Part shown: one piece after another, positions 49,850-63,669 of the stretch | How the letters are laid out: every line of letters begins with the position of its first letter | Numbering within the stretch: the stretch's first letter is position 1 | Source of the DNA: Euprymna scolopes | Lineage: Eukaryota | NCBI GenBank assembly: GCA_053919585.1 | Contig: CM132787.1 | Length of the DNA stretch: 64,000 nt | Strand: one strand, 5' to 3' | Notes under the pieces: generated by a model | The model's input: the letters and a program-made list of their open reading frames with translations, nothing else | Told to the model about the DNA's origin: nothing | Database searches by the model: none | Position numbers and translations under genes: made by a program

Positions 49850-50800
49850 GACAGGGAGAAGTGCGAAACTGAAAGTATCTAAAATGTCGTCCTTCAAGCA
49901 TCTGTTACGAGCAAATTATTTTTTGATATCAATAAATAATCCCTCAAAATCTTATCTAAGATCATTACTGACATACATGCATAAGATATCAGCACGTGTT
50001 GTTACATTGCAACTAGCATGAGGACCAAGATCTCTGAGTCTTTCTATTTTAATCTTGAGCAATAGTTCTTTATGAGATACTATTACTGGTAAATTCTAAT
50101 GCATCCAACTCAAGTTACTGTGTTTTCACAACTAATGATCTGATTACACACTGTCCTCGATTGAAATGGATGGTTTGTTTACCAGTAATAACCCTGACTT
50201 TACAACATTCTGGAACATATCTAAAATCCTGACCTGTATTTGAAGATTTTAAATCTCTTGCCAAATAGCTGGACAATTAGGTGCATCATTTTTAGAAAGT
50301 ATCTCACTTGCAGATGCAATTTTCTACCTGTTTAAGACTGAAATACGGCTGTAAATGAAAAGCTGTTGCCAGATCTTATTGTGGCAGACTGTTTAGAGAT
50401 TATTTAATGCTTTTAAATGGTTTGAAACAAGTTAGGAAACAGAGTAACCGATATCATTTTCTACTTTAAAGCTATTTCATAAATGACAAATGCTGTTCGT
50501 CTGTCTTTCATCTTTGCTTTTTTATAAGGATTTCTTGACTGAGCAAAAACCTATGCAAGAGAAAATACATTAATGAAAAATATCGCCTATCCGAAGTCAA
50601 TGTACACAATTTGCTTTCATACTCTTTGCGTATTTTTTCTAAATGTGCTTTCTCGTAAAACTCTGTATTGTAAACATGCTTGGCAGCTAACTTCAAGTCG
50701 TATATGAACATGTTCTTGTTAAACTGCATCCTTAAATAATATACCTTTCTCAATATCCCTCACTCGTGATCACTAATCTATTACATAGAGAAGCTATTTT
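49850..50800 (-). mobile_element. Possible highly decayed Penelope-like RT (N-terminal half)
   Basis: Weak remnants resembling G.YYGK..IH...R.I.SC.NT and LD....T, with a basic helical N-terminal ORF at 50508-50753. Confidence 0.3.
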
Positions 50801-51413
50801 ACTGAAAGGCGTCAAACATTTATAGGTTCCTGAAACTGTTGTACACACTTTATTTAAATCTATTGGTGGAGTAAAATATTTCTACAAAATTGATTTTATT
50901 TCGCAATTATAGCGCAGCGAATAGAAAACATTTTGCAAAGCAACTAATAGCAAGAATTTATGTTTATATCAAATCCACAACAGTCGTTAATATAGGTTTA
51001 ATTATAGGAAGTAAGAATAGATTTGTATAAAAACAAATAGAATATCATTTAAATGTATGAAATAGTGTGTTTTCTTTGTATTATATTAATCGTTTTGAAC
51101 ATACACAATATATTTCGTGGTAATCTTCATCGTCTCATTTAAAGAAACTTTGTATAGAACGTAAAATAGACAAAGCATAAAAATAGAAAATCCAGCTGTA
51201 AATAATGCCTACATTGGTAACAAATATACAACCTTATATTGTTCACTAAGAACTATTTAATGCACATTATCACAAAACGTTTAATTATACGCATATCAAT
51301 ACACTCCATTAACGTATTCAGATATTACTTCCATATTTTCTAAGAATATTTTGATGAAACATGTCAATTAATATAATACAATTATGTGAGATACAACGGC
51401 GGGTGTGGTAAAT

Positions 51414-51447
<34 letters not shown>

Positions 51448-52309
51448 ATGTAATGCATGCACATTGAATGCATTAATACGAACAACAATGTATTTGTCGT
51501 ATAATTATTTTATCTTGAATATAAATTTGTCAAATTCCATTCTTTTATGTTTATTAACTTCAGTTCTCTTGAAAGTTAAAAAGAAAAATGGATGATTTAA
51601 GACATTTCCCTGACAAATGCTGCAAAACAATATATTGAAATTGACAGCAACGTGTCTTATTAAATTGGAAGAAAAACGTTGAACACTGATAAAAAAGAAC
51701 TCGCAAAATTGTTTACAGGGGATTAGTCGAGATAGAGTGAAAATGTGAAAGAGTGCAGAAAAACAAATGTTAGAATTCATCGCATGATGTATAGAATTAA
51801 ACAAAAGTCTAATTTCTGAAAGAAAGAAATATGAGCTGTTAAAAAAAGTTATTTTTGAAAATACAATTTAGATGAACAGAAGTCGACATTTGAAGTCGGA
51901 GAAAATCAAGATCTAATAAACATATGAACCAACAAATAAACCTGGAGTAAATTTTACGAAACAAATGAGAGAAAAAGTGGATAAGAAAGCAGTTAAATAA
52001 ACATGCGTAATAGCATTTTAAGCTATGAAAACAGAAGCGAAATATACAATGTATTAAATCAAAGAATCGCCATGTCTTTTCTATCAACAATTATGTAAAT
52101 GTGTATCGTGTGGTATTCTTCCTACCCAGTGCTATATTTAAATGCACTTATAAAAAACGAATAATTTCAATGCTATTACTTTACAGAAATGAGGTAATCC
52201 ATTGTTTTTCTTACAATTGTATTGGTTACCTCCGTCTTCCTCATTACAAAAACCAACTTATTATCATTACAAGAAAATCAAGAGAAAGCAGACATATAAT
52301 ATAAAAATA

Positions 52310-55300
52310 CAGGTACTCAAACTTTATATCAAAATCTGAGCCCTGAGATCTCCAAGAACATGAAATATGTGACTATATTAAAGATACCTTTCGATGTTGT
52401 TTAGAGATATCCAGAAAATATAAACAATTGTTCATATATTTGCTTCTCAGTAGCACTTGTCTATAGAACCGCATTCATATTTGCCCTCTATCGCCCCCAC
52501 AATAGATAAGTTACTATTTTTATTAGCATTTCTGAGACACTTGCCCCTATCCTGTTTGGCCTTACATTCACGTTTGTGCTTACTTCAATGTCTACAATAA
52601 TAATTGGTAACACCAATCAAATAAAAGAGTATGTTGGGAACTCTGTCACTATTTCTCTATCGCCTATGACCTAACAAAATATTCACGAACCCACCCGTCT
52701 ACCGGATACGGACGGCCGGTATACAAGTTTCTTAAACCTTTTTCTCACAACTTGTCCGGGGTTGTGCTGACCCTGTTTCCTGTCCCCGTTAGAATCTTCC
52801 GACTACTCTATTGTCTCCGTTATAATGAAAACAAAATACAATAATTCCGGAGATGTACCTCTCCATCGTTCCGTATATCTATAATTTATGGTTAGTAGGA
52901 ATGGCTTTCGTACATTTACATAAAACTAGCCTAGGTTCTCGGCGTTGCCTCGATGTGTTTAGGTCTGTGCTGTGCAAAAATCTAGTGGTAGTATGCAGAC
53001 AGGCTCCAACCCGTACCGGGAAAGACGAAAATATGTGAAAATAAACGTGACGTCATGGCTGTTGCGTATATCGCCAAATTGGAAGTGATGAATGTTTAAA
53101 TTAAGGCTTGTCATTGGAAAAGATAGGGTAGGTTTCGAAAATATCGGCAAAAGCGACCCCTTTTTATAGACCAGTGCCCAATTTAGGGTGACGAAATTAA
53201 TTTTTTTACCAATCTTTCAGTATCTTTCGCCCGAAGGGTCGAGCTTTAAAAAACACTGATTCTGTGAGAATTCGTGGCCTCTGTTGAAATTTCTGGCAGA
53301 TATAAAAACAAACAAACAAGCATACATACAATTTAAGAGACAGGTGATATTTATATTATAAGTATTCCTCTTTACACTATGTTTTAAATAAACGTGTCCT
53401 GTATAATATCATACCTTGCAGAATGGTAAATTGTTTGTATATATCGTCACATACTCTCCAAGAAATGTCAGAAACACCGAAAAACAAGCCTTGATTCTCC
53501 CCAGAATGCACCGCTGCCATTGCACACAGAAATCTTTATCTCCACTGCCTTCAGCGAAATAGATCGGCTGAGATTAAAGCCGCGTTTAAGACTATTAGTA
53601 ACCACTGTAAAATTGTAATAAAGATGACAAGAGTATTGCATTCAGCTCAGGTCCAAAGTAGCTGAGCAGTGGCTTCATTCTTATGAGTTTCGCGAATAAC
53701 ACACACGATCCTGAGGCAAAGCGTTTCCTCTATCCCAGTCATTATCAATGAATCTGAAATAATATAATCAGCATCATACAAAGCAAACTCGAGTTTTGCA
53801 GCAAATTCTATTCAATGCGATCAAGGGCGTATTTCCTTCTATGCCTGAAAAGATATAATACGACATACATCGCGATTTCAGTAAAGCAATTAGCCCCGAT
53901 GGCATTCCAATTATAGTGTTAAAAAAGGTCAACCCGAAAAAGATCCCATACTTACAAATAGTTTAATCGTTGTCTTCCAGAGAAATAAATTCCAATACCC
54001 TGAAAAACCTCATAAGTTTGTTCTGTATTTAACAATCCAGGCGATCAGTCAGATTCGTGTCAGAATAGTTTACTGTGCGTCAGAAGTAAACTACTGAAAT
54101 CTGTAGAATACAGAGAAATGATTAATCCGCCCTCCCATAAACAACTTATTCGATTGCTTGTAATATGCATCATGATCTACAGCGGATTTGCTTACAGTAA
54201 TATCTCACAGGATTAGTGAATTATTTGACACAGAATTTGTTTCTAGATCAATTAGTCGTGACATAACAAAGGCATTCGATACGGTAAAGTCCTACTACAC
54301 AATATCTTTAGCTAAGGAATAGCTTACAATGTATTTTTAATTATTAAATAATTCCTCTTTGATAGGTCTATCAAAGTACTACTTGATGAGCAAACCTCAG
54401 TAGCTCAGTATTAATGCCGGACTCCTCAGAATTTTATCTCGGGCCCAAATGCCTACTTAATATATATCAATGATTTCCAAAATCATATTCGTAGATGATT
54501 CGTAGACATTTATAGCGTATAATATGAGTAACAGTCAATATCTTTTTGATTATCTTTCCCCTGACTTTAAGCCCGTGGTGCAATGGGGAAACATTGCTTG
54601 TTGATTTTAATGCATCAAAAACAATACTTCTATCTTTTCACAATCAATGCTCTGACCTACATCTGCCCCTTGTTAAAATGAAAGGATCTAATGTTGAGGA
54701 AGGTCCATGTTTAGATACACTTGTTGGTTTGAATTTCACTACTGATCTGAAATGGAAATCCATAGTCACGTCGCTGGAAAAATGGTTTGCGCATTCTACT
54801 GCTGCAGTAGATATCTATCTGATGAAATATTCTCTATTTGTATAAAAGGCAGGTGCCTCCTTGGATTGGATATTGTTGCTTGATCTGGGCAGAAGCTAAT
54901 CTCATTCTACTTGACAGAGTTTAAAACATCATTTGTAGTCTTGCAGGAGATGCAATTTACTTTTATCGACGACTTTATCTTTACAGAAGAGATGTTGCAA
55001 GCTTGTCCTTGCCATATCGCTTTTTCATGACAAGTGTTTGACGGAGCTCCAATACATGATCCCCTTTTGCAAATCCTTCACAAAACCACTCGTCCAGCCA
55101 AAATCATTATCAATATATCCCCCTATCACTCTTGTTGCCTTAAGCAACACATGGATTCCAGGAATAAAGCTTTTTTCATAGATCTGCCCGCTGGGTACAT
55201 CTGTCCTGCTTATCTTTTTTCCAGATGAATACAATATTATTGTTTTCAAATCCAACGTAAACAAGTAATGTTCAGCCGTCGTCATAAATGATCTAATTAT

Positions 55301-55417
55301 ATCAAATTACTTCTATAGACAATTATAACGCAACTGTTCCAATGATTACAATACACATTGAACCGTATCATTTAGTGGCCTTCGAGCCTTGATATGCGGT
55401 GGTCCCTTTGTAAAAAA
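52310..55417 (+). mobile_element. Long, heavily decayed CR1/L2-group LINE (APE to 3' tail) interrupted by a Helitron
   Basis: GYSNF..., AFIFALYRPHN, PTRLPDTDG, PDGIPIIVLKK, DITKAFD and FNASKT. 3' motif GTGGCC..GCCTTGATATGCGGTGG..TGTAAAAAA. Confidence 0.88.
52926..53366 (-). mobile_element. Non-autonomous Helitron-like element nested in the LINE
   Basis: Minus-strand TCGAGGCAACGCCGAGA hairpin, then CTAG|T at 52929-52925. The other end has TACTTATAATATAAAT and a (GTTT/ATGT)n tract. It interrupts LINE homology. Confidence 0.65.
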
Positions 55418-55514
55418 GTATATATCTAATGTGAAAAAAATGAGGTTTTTGATTTTTTAGAAGAGGATTGGCAATTTTATTATTAATCATCGGACTGCTG
55501 TTCTCATCTTGATA

Positions 55515-55620
55515 TACCCTCTGACCGTCTTCAGATGTATCTTGTAGAACTCGGGACTGTTTCTGTCAAACTCGGTAATATGAACGGAATATTAAGTTGA
55601 ACCCTTTTTTTCTTTAGGGG
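55515..55620 (-). mobile_element. Inverted 3' end fragment of a Penelope element with half a hammerhead
   Basis: Minus-strand CTGAAGA-CGGTCAGAGGG (stem II 3' side and GAAA missing) after a PLE-like C-terminal remnant; lies upstream of the plus-strand PLE RT. Confidence 0.45.
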
Positions 55621-55990
55621 GAAGCGTGCTCTTGTTCCCCCAGCCATGCGTGGATAGAGGTCATAGGTAATTTGTCAATGTATATTTACAATTGTGTATA
55701 TTTACAATTGATTTTCCCAGTACTCTAACCACTGCACCACAGGTCCTTCCGGACAATTATAGTACGAATTTTCGGGGCCTTAAACGTACTTTTTATTTCT
55801 AGTTGTAAATATCACAGTTTTTATTAATTATTGCTATATATTAATGTATATCTATCTCTATACTTATTACTTGTATACATTAATGTTATACTTATTATTG
55901 TTTATAATTACTGCTTCCCATATCGTACACTCAAGATTAGATCTGTACTACGATAGATAATAAGGCAAATAACCAATCCTCATCTCAAAA

Positions 55991-57530
55991 ATGCAGAAAC
56001 GGCATATCAATTCGATACGGGCCGGACGTAATACAAAACTGGAAACAAATAAAAAATAATTACCAAAAATTGGCAAGGATGTCGAATACCCTCACACTCC
56101 CATGCCGATATCGTGATCTTAAGCTAGTGCCACCAGGTTTAACATTGAAACTACCAGTCAACTCCAGACGGACACGAAATATCTAAAAAAGAATAGGGCA
56201 TGAACTCGTTCGAGACAGAATCTACAACAGTCGATTGAAGACACATCAATTACAGATCGAAATTTCAAGTAACCTTACCCCATTCCTGGAGAGTATATCT
56301 CAGATTGGTGACAAAACTTGTATCCAGGAATACTTGGACAGATTCTAATAGAAATAATTGATAGACGTTACGTCTCGCCAAATAAAGAAATGAAAAAATC
56401 TAAAAGCAAAGGGCGTATACTCCAGGTCCACCATCCACCAATAGGAGCAATTGTGCACCAAAGTAAACGTCAGCTAACTCCCTCTGAGGAATCAGTGCTA
56501 AACAACTGTCTCAACTTCGCCACAAGCATAAATATATTATAGCTCAGATAGAGGAGGCAGCCTTGAATAAACCCAAAGAATAAGGAGATGAATTAAGGTG
56601 GAAAGTGAGACAAGCACTTGAGAATTCAAAGCCTTCAAAACCGAACCTCTCAAAGGAAGAAGTACTAGTTATAAAGTCACTACGCATTGACAATGACATC
56701 ATAATACAATGAGAAGTCAAAGGCAATGCAACAGAGGTAATGGATAGAGCAGAGTATTCCAATTGAAAGATTTAATAGAATCTGGTGGCTACTGTAAAGT
56801 GAAAAATAACCCGACCCTGAAAACGGAAAGGAAGCTGTCACAGATCCTCAGTAAAAACAAAGATTTTTTTTACCACCTACGAAATACCGGCAGCTATTAC
56901 AATATTACAACAAACTACAACACCTATACGGCCTAGCTAAGACACACAATGACGGCATTCCATTAAGACCCATTGCCAGTGATCGAGGTTCAGCCTGCCA
57001 TCCGTTGAGACGATTTCTGGTAGATATAATTCAGCCAATCATCAGCAAATCTCCATCATACGTCAAGAACTCACATCACCTCGTGGAATTAATAAAAAAA
57101 CTGCCCCTATTCATTCCAATTTGGTGCTGAGTATAGATGTAGGTATTCTGTTAACAAACGTACCCAATGATGAGACTCAGAGTGGTACGTGATAAGCTGA
57201 CATCGGATGTCTGGCTGAAATATCGCACTTGCATCCCAATTACCAACATAATGTATGTGTTGAATTTATGTGTAAAAAAACTACATACTTCTTGATGGGG
57301 GCTGATATCTATCGATGGGGTACTGGCCAATGCATGCATGGACTACTTTGAGGAAATGGAATAAGGATCAACACCACTCAAGCCAACAATGTTGTTGCGA
57401 TATGTAGATGATATATTCATACTCTGGCACATTCACAAAAAAAATGTTCCAACGTAACTAGACCATGTGAACTTGATCCGTCCAACTATAGAGTTCACAC
57501 TGGAAAAGGAAGATAACAAGGAATTATCGA
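55991..57530 (+). mobile_element. Penelope/Poseidon-type PLE, RT pseudogene, 3'-truncated
   Basis: CRYRDLKLVPPGLTLKLP, PNLSKEE...LR.DNDIII, HLYGLAKTHNDGIPLRPIAS.RGS, RYVDDIFILW and IEFTLEKE. Confidence 0.88.
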
Positions 57531-57559
57531 TCTAAAGGAATTTAGTTATTAACATTTAA

Positions 57560-58200
57560 TTCTAAAAGTAAATTTGAGTACAGAGTTGTATTGGAGAAGG
57601 TTCTTAAGTGTAAAGATGAGTCCACGTACAAAACAATGGATACGTCATGTACGTATGTGTAAATATTCCTCTTGTAGTCGTGGAAGGGTACTCGGTTGTG
57701 TAGGCTTGAATTATTTTAAAAATATTTTTGTAATTACTTTTAGACGGGGAGTACGTTTTTGTATGTGTGTCAAAGATTATGTCAATGTTTCTTTTTATGG
57801 AAACGTTTGAAAATAAGCTTTCGCCATCAAGAGACGCAGTTATTTTGTTGTATGGCTGTTTAGATTCAAGGGTTTGTAAGAGTTATTGTGTGGATTTAAA
57901 CAATAGTCGGTGGATCGGCATGAGTTGATGATGTAATGTTGTTTTTTTTAAATAGTAAATTAATCGGGGTGGTTGCTTGTGAAATGATAGGTCGGGGGGG
58001 AAAGTTGGATTTATCGATTTGCACAGTTCCATACAGGTGTCCGAGTTTGTATTCACCAATGATTTTCGGAAATTGGTGCTTCTCGATTTGGACATTATTG
58101 ACAGTGATGAGTCTGTTTATTTGCGTTTTTATTGCGTTTGTTGGGTTAGTGTTGATTGCATTTAAATGTTATGCTATCGTCGATTGTTTGAAGTTTTTCA
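57560..58200 (-). mobile_element. RT fragment of a third PLE lineage
   Basis: FPKIIGEYKLGHLYGTV...P.PIISQATTP and ASLDGESLFSNV (SLDVESLFTNVP-like). Confidence 0.75.
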
Positions 58201-58576
58201 TGACAGAAAAATTTATTTAATACTATAAATACATTTATTTTGTAGGCGTTTTAAAGCGATCTTCTAAAAGCCGAATCCATAACAACAACGACACATAATT
58301 CCGACACAATATATACCCGCTAGTCTTAAAATACGCTCTATAACTCTGTAACCACTCAAAATCACGAGTAAAAAGCCGCCTATCCATATCCCATTTCTCA
58401 TATATGTATCCTTTTATATAATTGTATTTTTCTCTCTCTAACAGTTTCTTGTGTTCTTGACGCCTGCACGTTGACTTCAAGGTGTCAGATCCCATTCGTA
58501 TATAATTTTAATTCCACTATCTGAAGCCTCAAGCAGGATTATTTGCCGACACAATTGTAATAGGATACTTCAAGGG

Positions 58577-58649
<73 letters not shown>

Positions 58650-58653
<4 letters not shown>

Positions 58654-59091
58654 CTGAACGTGTCTGTGTGTCTGTGTACATTTCCCTACGCAATAACTCC
58701 GTCAATATTCAGTCTACTGACTCGAAATTTGATATGCAGGGTACCGAGACTTGGAAACATCTTTGTAATCCGTTTCCGACCAGAAATGTGGCTATTAACG
58801 TGTCAAAGTTCAACGATTAGCCCTTTAAAACTCTATCAAACTCCTCCATCAATTTTGGGTATGACATCTTAAAATTTGGGATATATGTTCCTTGAACATG
58901 GATCTAACTTAATGACTTCATTTGAACTGAAAACAATAAATGTTCAACTCTGACCACTTTACAGCCAAATTGCTGGTGGTTGTAAGAGCAAACACATCAC
59001 GTTTTTCCCCGTTCTTTTCCTCCTTCGCGGTAAAGTCTCGAGCCTGCCTTCCTACTATCACTTTTCCAAAAACCTGGGAAACGCCGGGCTG

Positions 59092-59092
<1 letters not shown>
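58650..59092 (+). mobile_element. Probable non-autonomous Helitron-like element between (TA)n tracts
   Basis: Starts TATATAACTGAAC(GTGTCT)n. The 3' hairpin CCTGGGAAACGCCGGG (59073-59088) resembles the GGGCAACG(C/T)CGG motif of the other copies. The terminus reads CTGA rather than CTAG. Confidence 0.5.
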
Positions 59093-59165
<73 letters not shown>

Positions 59166-59399
59166 CGAAACAGTACAATATTCTTGAGCACCATCTAAAC
59201 TCACACAAAAAAAAAACATACTTACACTTTAAGCAACATAGTCTCCCCTTTCGAGTGACCTCTAGCGCACGTTCTTTACCGGGCCCATAACCCTACTCGA
59301 AACCGTACTATACATAAATCTTGACACCTTCGCTCTTTCTGGCACCACAATACATTTTTGCATTACACTGATCTAACGTATATCTGTGTCTTTATTCCC

Positions 59400-60600
59400 A
59401 TTTTGTTTTATCGTTGGCGGTGTCATATATGCGTTAAAAAATCACTCCTACAAAGATCTACATCTTCTATTGGGTCGTTCCGCAGATAAGGAAGCGTAAC
59501 CTAGAGGAGGACACCATCATCTTTCAAGTAAATATTTCTCCAGTCGGGACTGGATAAATTCGGAAGGAAAGACGACAACCTAGTATTCAAAAGCTGTTCA
59601 AAATTCCCGTGTATCCATGATGAGAGAGCTACTGTGTTCCTCATTATGTTTTTTGTCCAAAGCCAATTGTAAAAAAAAAACAAAATAAAAAAAAACTGCA
59701 AAATTATACACACTGAACAATAACACACGTAGCTGAACCAATATTTATACTGAATTAAGAATATATCTCCTCACAAAATTAATTGTACTCGCCCGTTTTG
59801 TTTTGTATAAAACTATTTCTGTTGCATTCGACAAAAACTCATTTGAAACGCTTCACATCACACCCCGACGCTTGCCTTAAAGAAAGGTTCCACAGTGCAT
59901 ATCTTCCCGTTTATTGAACTTTCATTTTAATTTATATCTGTTTGTACATTTTTAATCTTTTCACTTACTTTCACTTCTTCACTTCTGTTATTTGACTCCT
60001 TACACCCCAATATCTCTGCCTTGCTTAAATCCATTTTCCCACACTGTATTTATTTATTATCTTTTCATCCTAAAATTAAATAGATAATCTTTCCTACTGA
60101 CTATTATTATATGATATAATCTTTTAATAGAACATAATTCTTATATGTCTACACCAATATAACCCATACACATTTGGCATTGTCACCTTATACTACCCTT
60201 AAACCTAGTACTGTCACATACAAAATTTAACTCCCTCACATTAATACTCCCACTACTACACATAATAACATACATCTTGCTAAATCAATGTTATTTTCAA
60301 AGCCACCGTGTCTATAAATTATACACACAAAGCATTAAGCAACCATTTTATGTTGCCCTATGCACACTTAAAACACATATACACCGATTTAATTGAGTAA
60401 ATTATTTAAAGCAAATTATACAATATTCCCCTGTGAATTTAAATACACACACTATCACTATACATTACACCAATTATGACAAATATGCTATGCACATGCA
60501 TACATTACAAAAACAAATAACACACAAAGAAAAAATTATAGTCTCATCACAGTTCTGATGAGAAGATTTAGGCTTTCAAGCTTCATGGCATAGAGAGTCC
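59400..60600 (+). mobile_element. Possible decayed PLE 3' region (GIY-YIG remnant, A/C-rich tail, hammerhead relic)
   Basis: GVIYALK..YI at about 59420, a G-poor tail, and CTGATGA-GAAG..CTTT at 60555 without an intact GAAA. Confidence 0.3.
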
Positions 60601-60842
60601 CACTTAACTAAATTGAAACTAAATACATGTTCACCTTTCAAATAAACAACTAAATCTATGTGTATATTAATATACAGTTTTTCTACTTTTANNNNNNNNN
60701 NNNNNNNNNNNNNNNNNNNNNNNNNNNNNNNNNNNNNNNNNNNNNNNNNNNNNNNNNNNNNNNNNNNNNNNNNNNNNNNNNNNNNNNNNNNNNNNNNNNN
60801 NNNNNNNNNNNNNNNNNNNNNNNGAGGTAAGCAAGCAAGTTC

Positions 60843-60916
<74 letters not shown>

Positions 60917-61371
60917 TACAACTCAAATTATTTTTAACGGGCGCTCTAAATAGCCCCGTAAGTATGTTTCTATTTAATCGCGTTACAAAAAATAATCAAT
61001 GCGCCAATAAAACGAATTGCCTTGCTGTCAACGATTTCAGCGTCTCAGTTTTTTTTCTAGTATTAATTAAAAGATCTATCAAAATTTGAATTTCACTTTA
61101 AGTATTATGATATTGTCTCAGTGCACTCATACCTATAAGTATGCAACGACACTTATAATTCAATCACTGTGAGTTTTTTTTTTCAAAAATACGAAATTAT
61201 AAAGAGAACGAATCATAACATCCTATCAATATTCTTTTTTTCATGTTAATATATTTTCAGAGAAATATTTCTGTCATGTCACAAAATATTTGTTTACGTA
61301 AAAATTGTCACACTCATACATTGATTAAATAGCTAATATATCATACTGACCTAATGGTTACGAATTGTCTA

Positions 61372-61447
<76 letters not shown>

Positions 61448-62284
61448 ATGCATGTGTGGGGGCGTATCATATACATATATATCTATGTATAAATAAACAC
61501 ACGCATATATGTGTATATATGTATATATATATATATGTATATATATATATGTGTGTGTATGTGTGCGTGTGTGTAAATGCATATTTTATAAAGATTTTTT
61601 CTTATATATATAAGAAAGGCGTAATTCTCCCAGCGTAAATGTTATTAGACACTATGAGCTATTCACTTGACCATGCTTAAGACATCTATCATTCGATTGC
61701 ACTGCAAGAAATATCTAGAAGCATTATCTTTTTCACACAACAAACTAAACAGTATTACTAGATTTCTACACCGTTTCTCTTAGGGTAGCAAATACATAAA
61801 TAAGACATAGACGGTTTTATAGAAATTTTGTTGATGAATAACAATAGTTCGCCTGAGGATTCCCAACCAAATAAATAAAAATGACAAAAGTTAGGGGAAA
61901 AGAAATCGACTGTGAAATCGACGTCCTTTACTTGACCGTATCAATAAGAAAGAAACCATGCTTACGCTTTTGAGAATCAATGTTCTAAAACTCTAACAAG
62001 TATGGGCAAACTATATAAGTAGGTATATAATACACTTCAAATATATGTATATAGCTATACTAAAATACAGTCTACATCTTTCGGATTTTTTTTCAGCACA
62101 GCAAAACAACTCTTATAGTCACCCCTGTTAAAGTGTAAGTCATAAGTAGTAACTGTATATCTTAGGAAATATATATTTTCTTTTCTCGTGTTTAAAATGA
62201 AATATATTCCACTATCGTAAGACGAAATTTAGAAGTACAAAAAGAAATGTTGCTTTCTTGGTACCAGTACACGCACTGAATGAA

Positions 62285-62356
<72 letters not shown>

Positions 62357-63012
62357 TATTCTAAGTAATGTATTTAAACACTAAAATAGTCCAAACCAAA
62401 AAAAAAATCAAATTAGTACATAATGAAACAAGCATTTAATAACAGAAAACTGTTTATTAAACATGTTTTCACAATTTTAGTGCTTATTTNNNNNNNNNNN
62501 NNNNNNNNNNNNNNNNNNNNNNNNNNNNNNNNNNNNNNNNNNNNNNNNNNNNNNNNNNNNNNNNNNNNNNNNNNNNNNNNNNNNNNNNNNNNNNNNNNNN
62601 NNNNNNNNNNNNNNNNNNNNNNNNNNNNNNNNNNNNNNNNNNNNNNNTACAAATGCGAAAAGTAATATGATTTAGCTTAAACATGGAAAAGTAAAGGACT
62701 AGTTATTAAAACCTGAATAGAAAGGGCAAGATATTCTAGTAAAATATATAATAAATACATAACTTAAAACAAGGTGAATTGTTTATATAATGCTATAAAT
62801 GCTCCAATTATAGTACGAAGAAATGAGTATAGACCGGCAAGGAGAGTGGAGAGAAAAACAGCCCAAACGAAAAGAACATATTCTGGACGATAATCAATTA
62901 CTAAGCAGATCTTGTATAGAACAACAGAATATGGGAACCATTAATTTTAAATACCAGATAATATATGCACTTCTAAGTAAATAATAACAATAATATTTAT
63001 GTATGCATACAG

Positions 63013-63069
<57 letters not shown>

Positions 63070-63072
<3 letters not shown>

Positions 63073-63100
63073 CACAGTGATCACCACTTATCAAGGCCCG
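63070..63100 (-). mobile_element. 31-nt extreme 3' terminus of the CR1/L2-group LINE running into (TA)n
   Basis: The reverse complement CGGGCCTTGATAAGTGGTGATCACTGTGTAA is identical to 22260-22290. Confidence 0.85.
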
Positions 63101-63111
63101 TATATTGTATA

Positions 63112-63154
<43 letters not shown>

Positions 63155-63588
63155 GTATGTATATATATATATATATATATACAAACAAACATATATATAT
63201 ATTGTAATATCTAATAAAAATTAGTGATAGATAGTTATATTTATAACTAGAATCAGAATACGTTTAAGGATCATAACTAAAGTTGCCATCAAGTCACCGT
63301 CCTGCAGTAAACACAGTAATTGTAGAAATTAATTGTAAAAGTAATACTCTTCTGAAGATTGAAAGTTCAATTCTTACTATGGGAAATCGAAAATACAATT
63401 AAAAATTACTTTGCATCTCTCTCAGGTCGTGGCTGATGAATCGGGTGCATTCTATCCATGTGAAGTAAAAAAGAGCTCTGTTCGAAATTCTCCATATTCT
63501 CAACAGAACACAATTAAAGTTAATCGGAGGTTACATCGACCGAATAATGCTGAATTTACGCTGAAGATGAAGACTTTTGTGCAAGCAT

Positions 63589-63589
<1 letters not shown>

Positions 63590-63653
<64 letters not shown>

Positions 63654-63669
63654 CATAATAATAATAATA
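63590..63669. repeat. (AAT)n microsatellite
   Basis: Directly visible. Confidence 0.95.

Noticed and set aside
55718-55746. tRNA gene (minus strand GGACCTGTGGTGCAGTGGTTAGAG, A-box-like)
   Set aside because: No B box, T arm or acceptor-stem partner follows. At most it is a tRNA-derived SINE head fragment.
60555-60590. Functional hammerheads at 60555, 35443 and 55528
   Set aside because: CUGANGA is present, but GAAA, stem III or the NUH triplet is missing or mutated. These are relics only.
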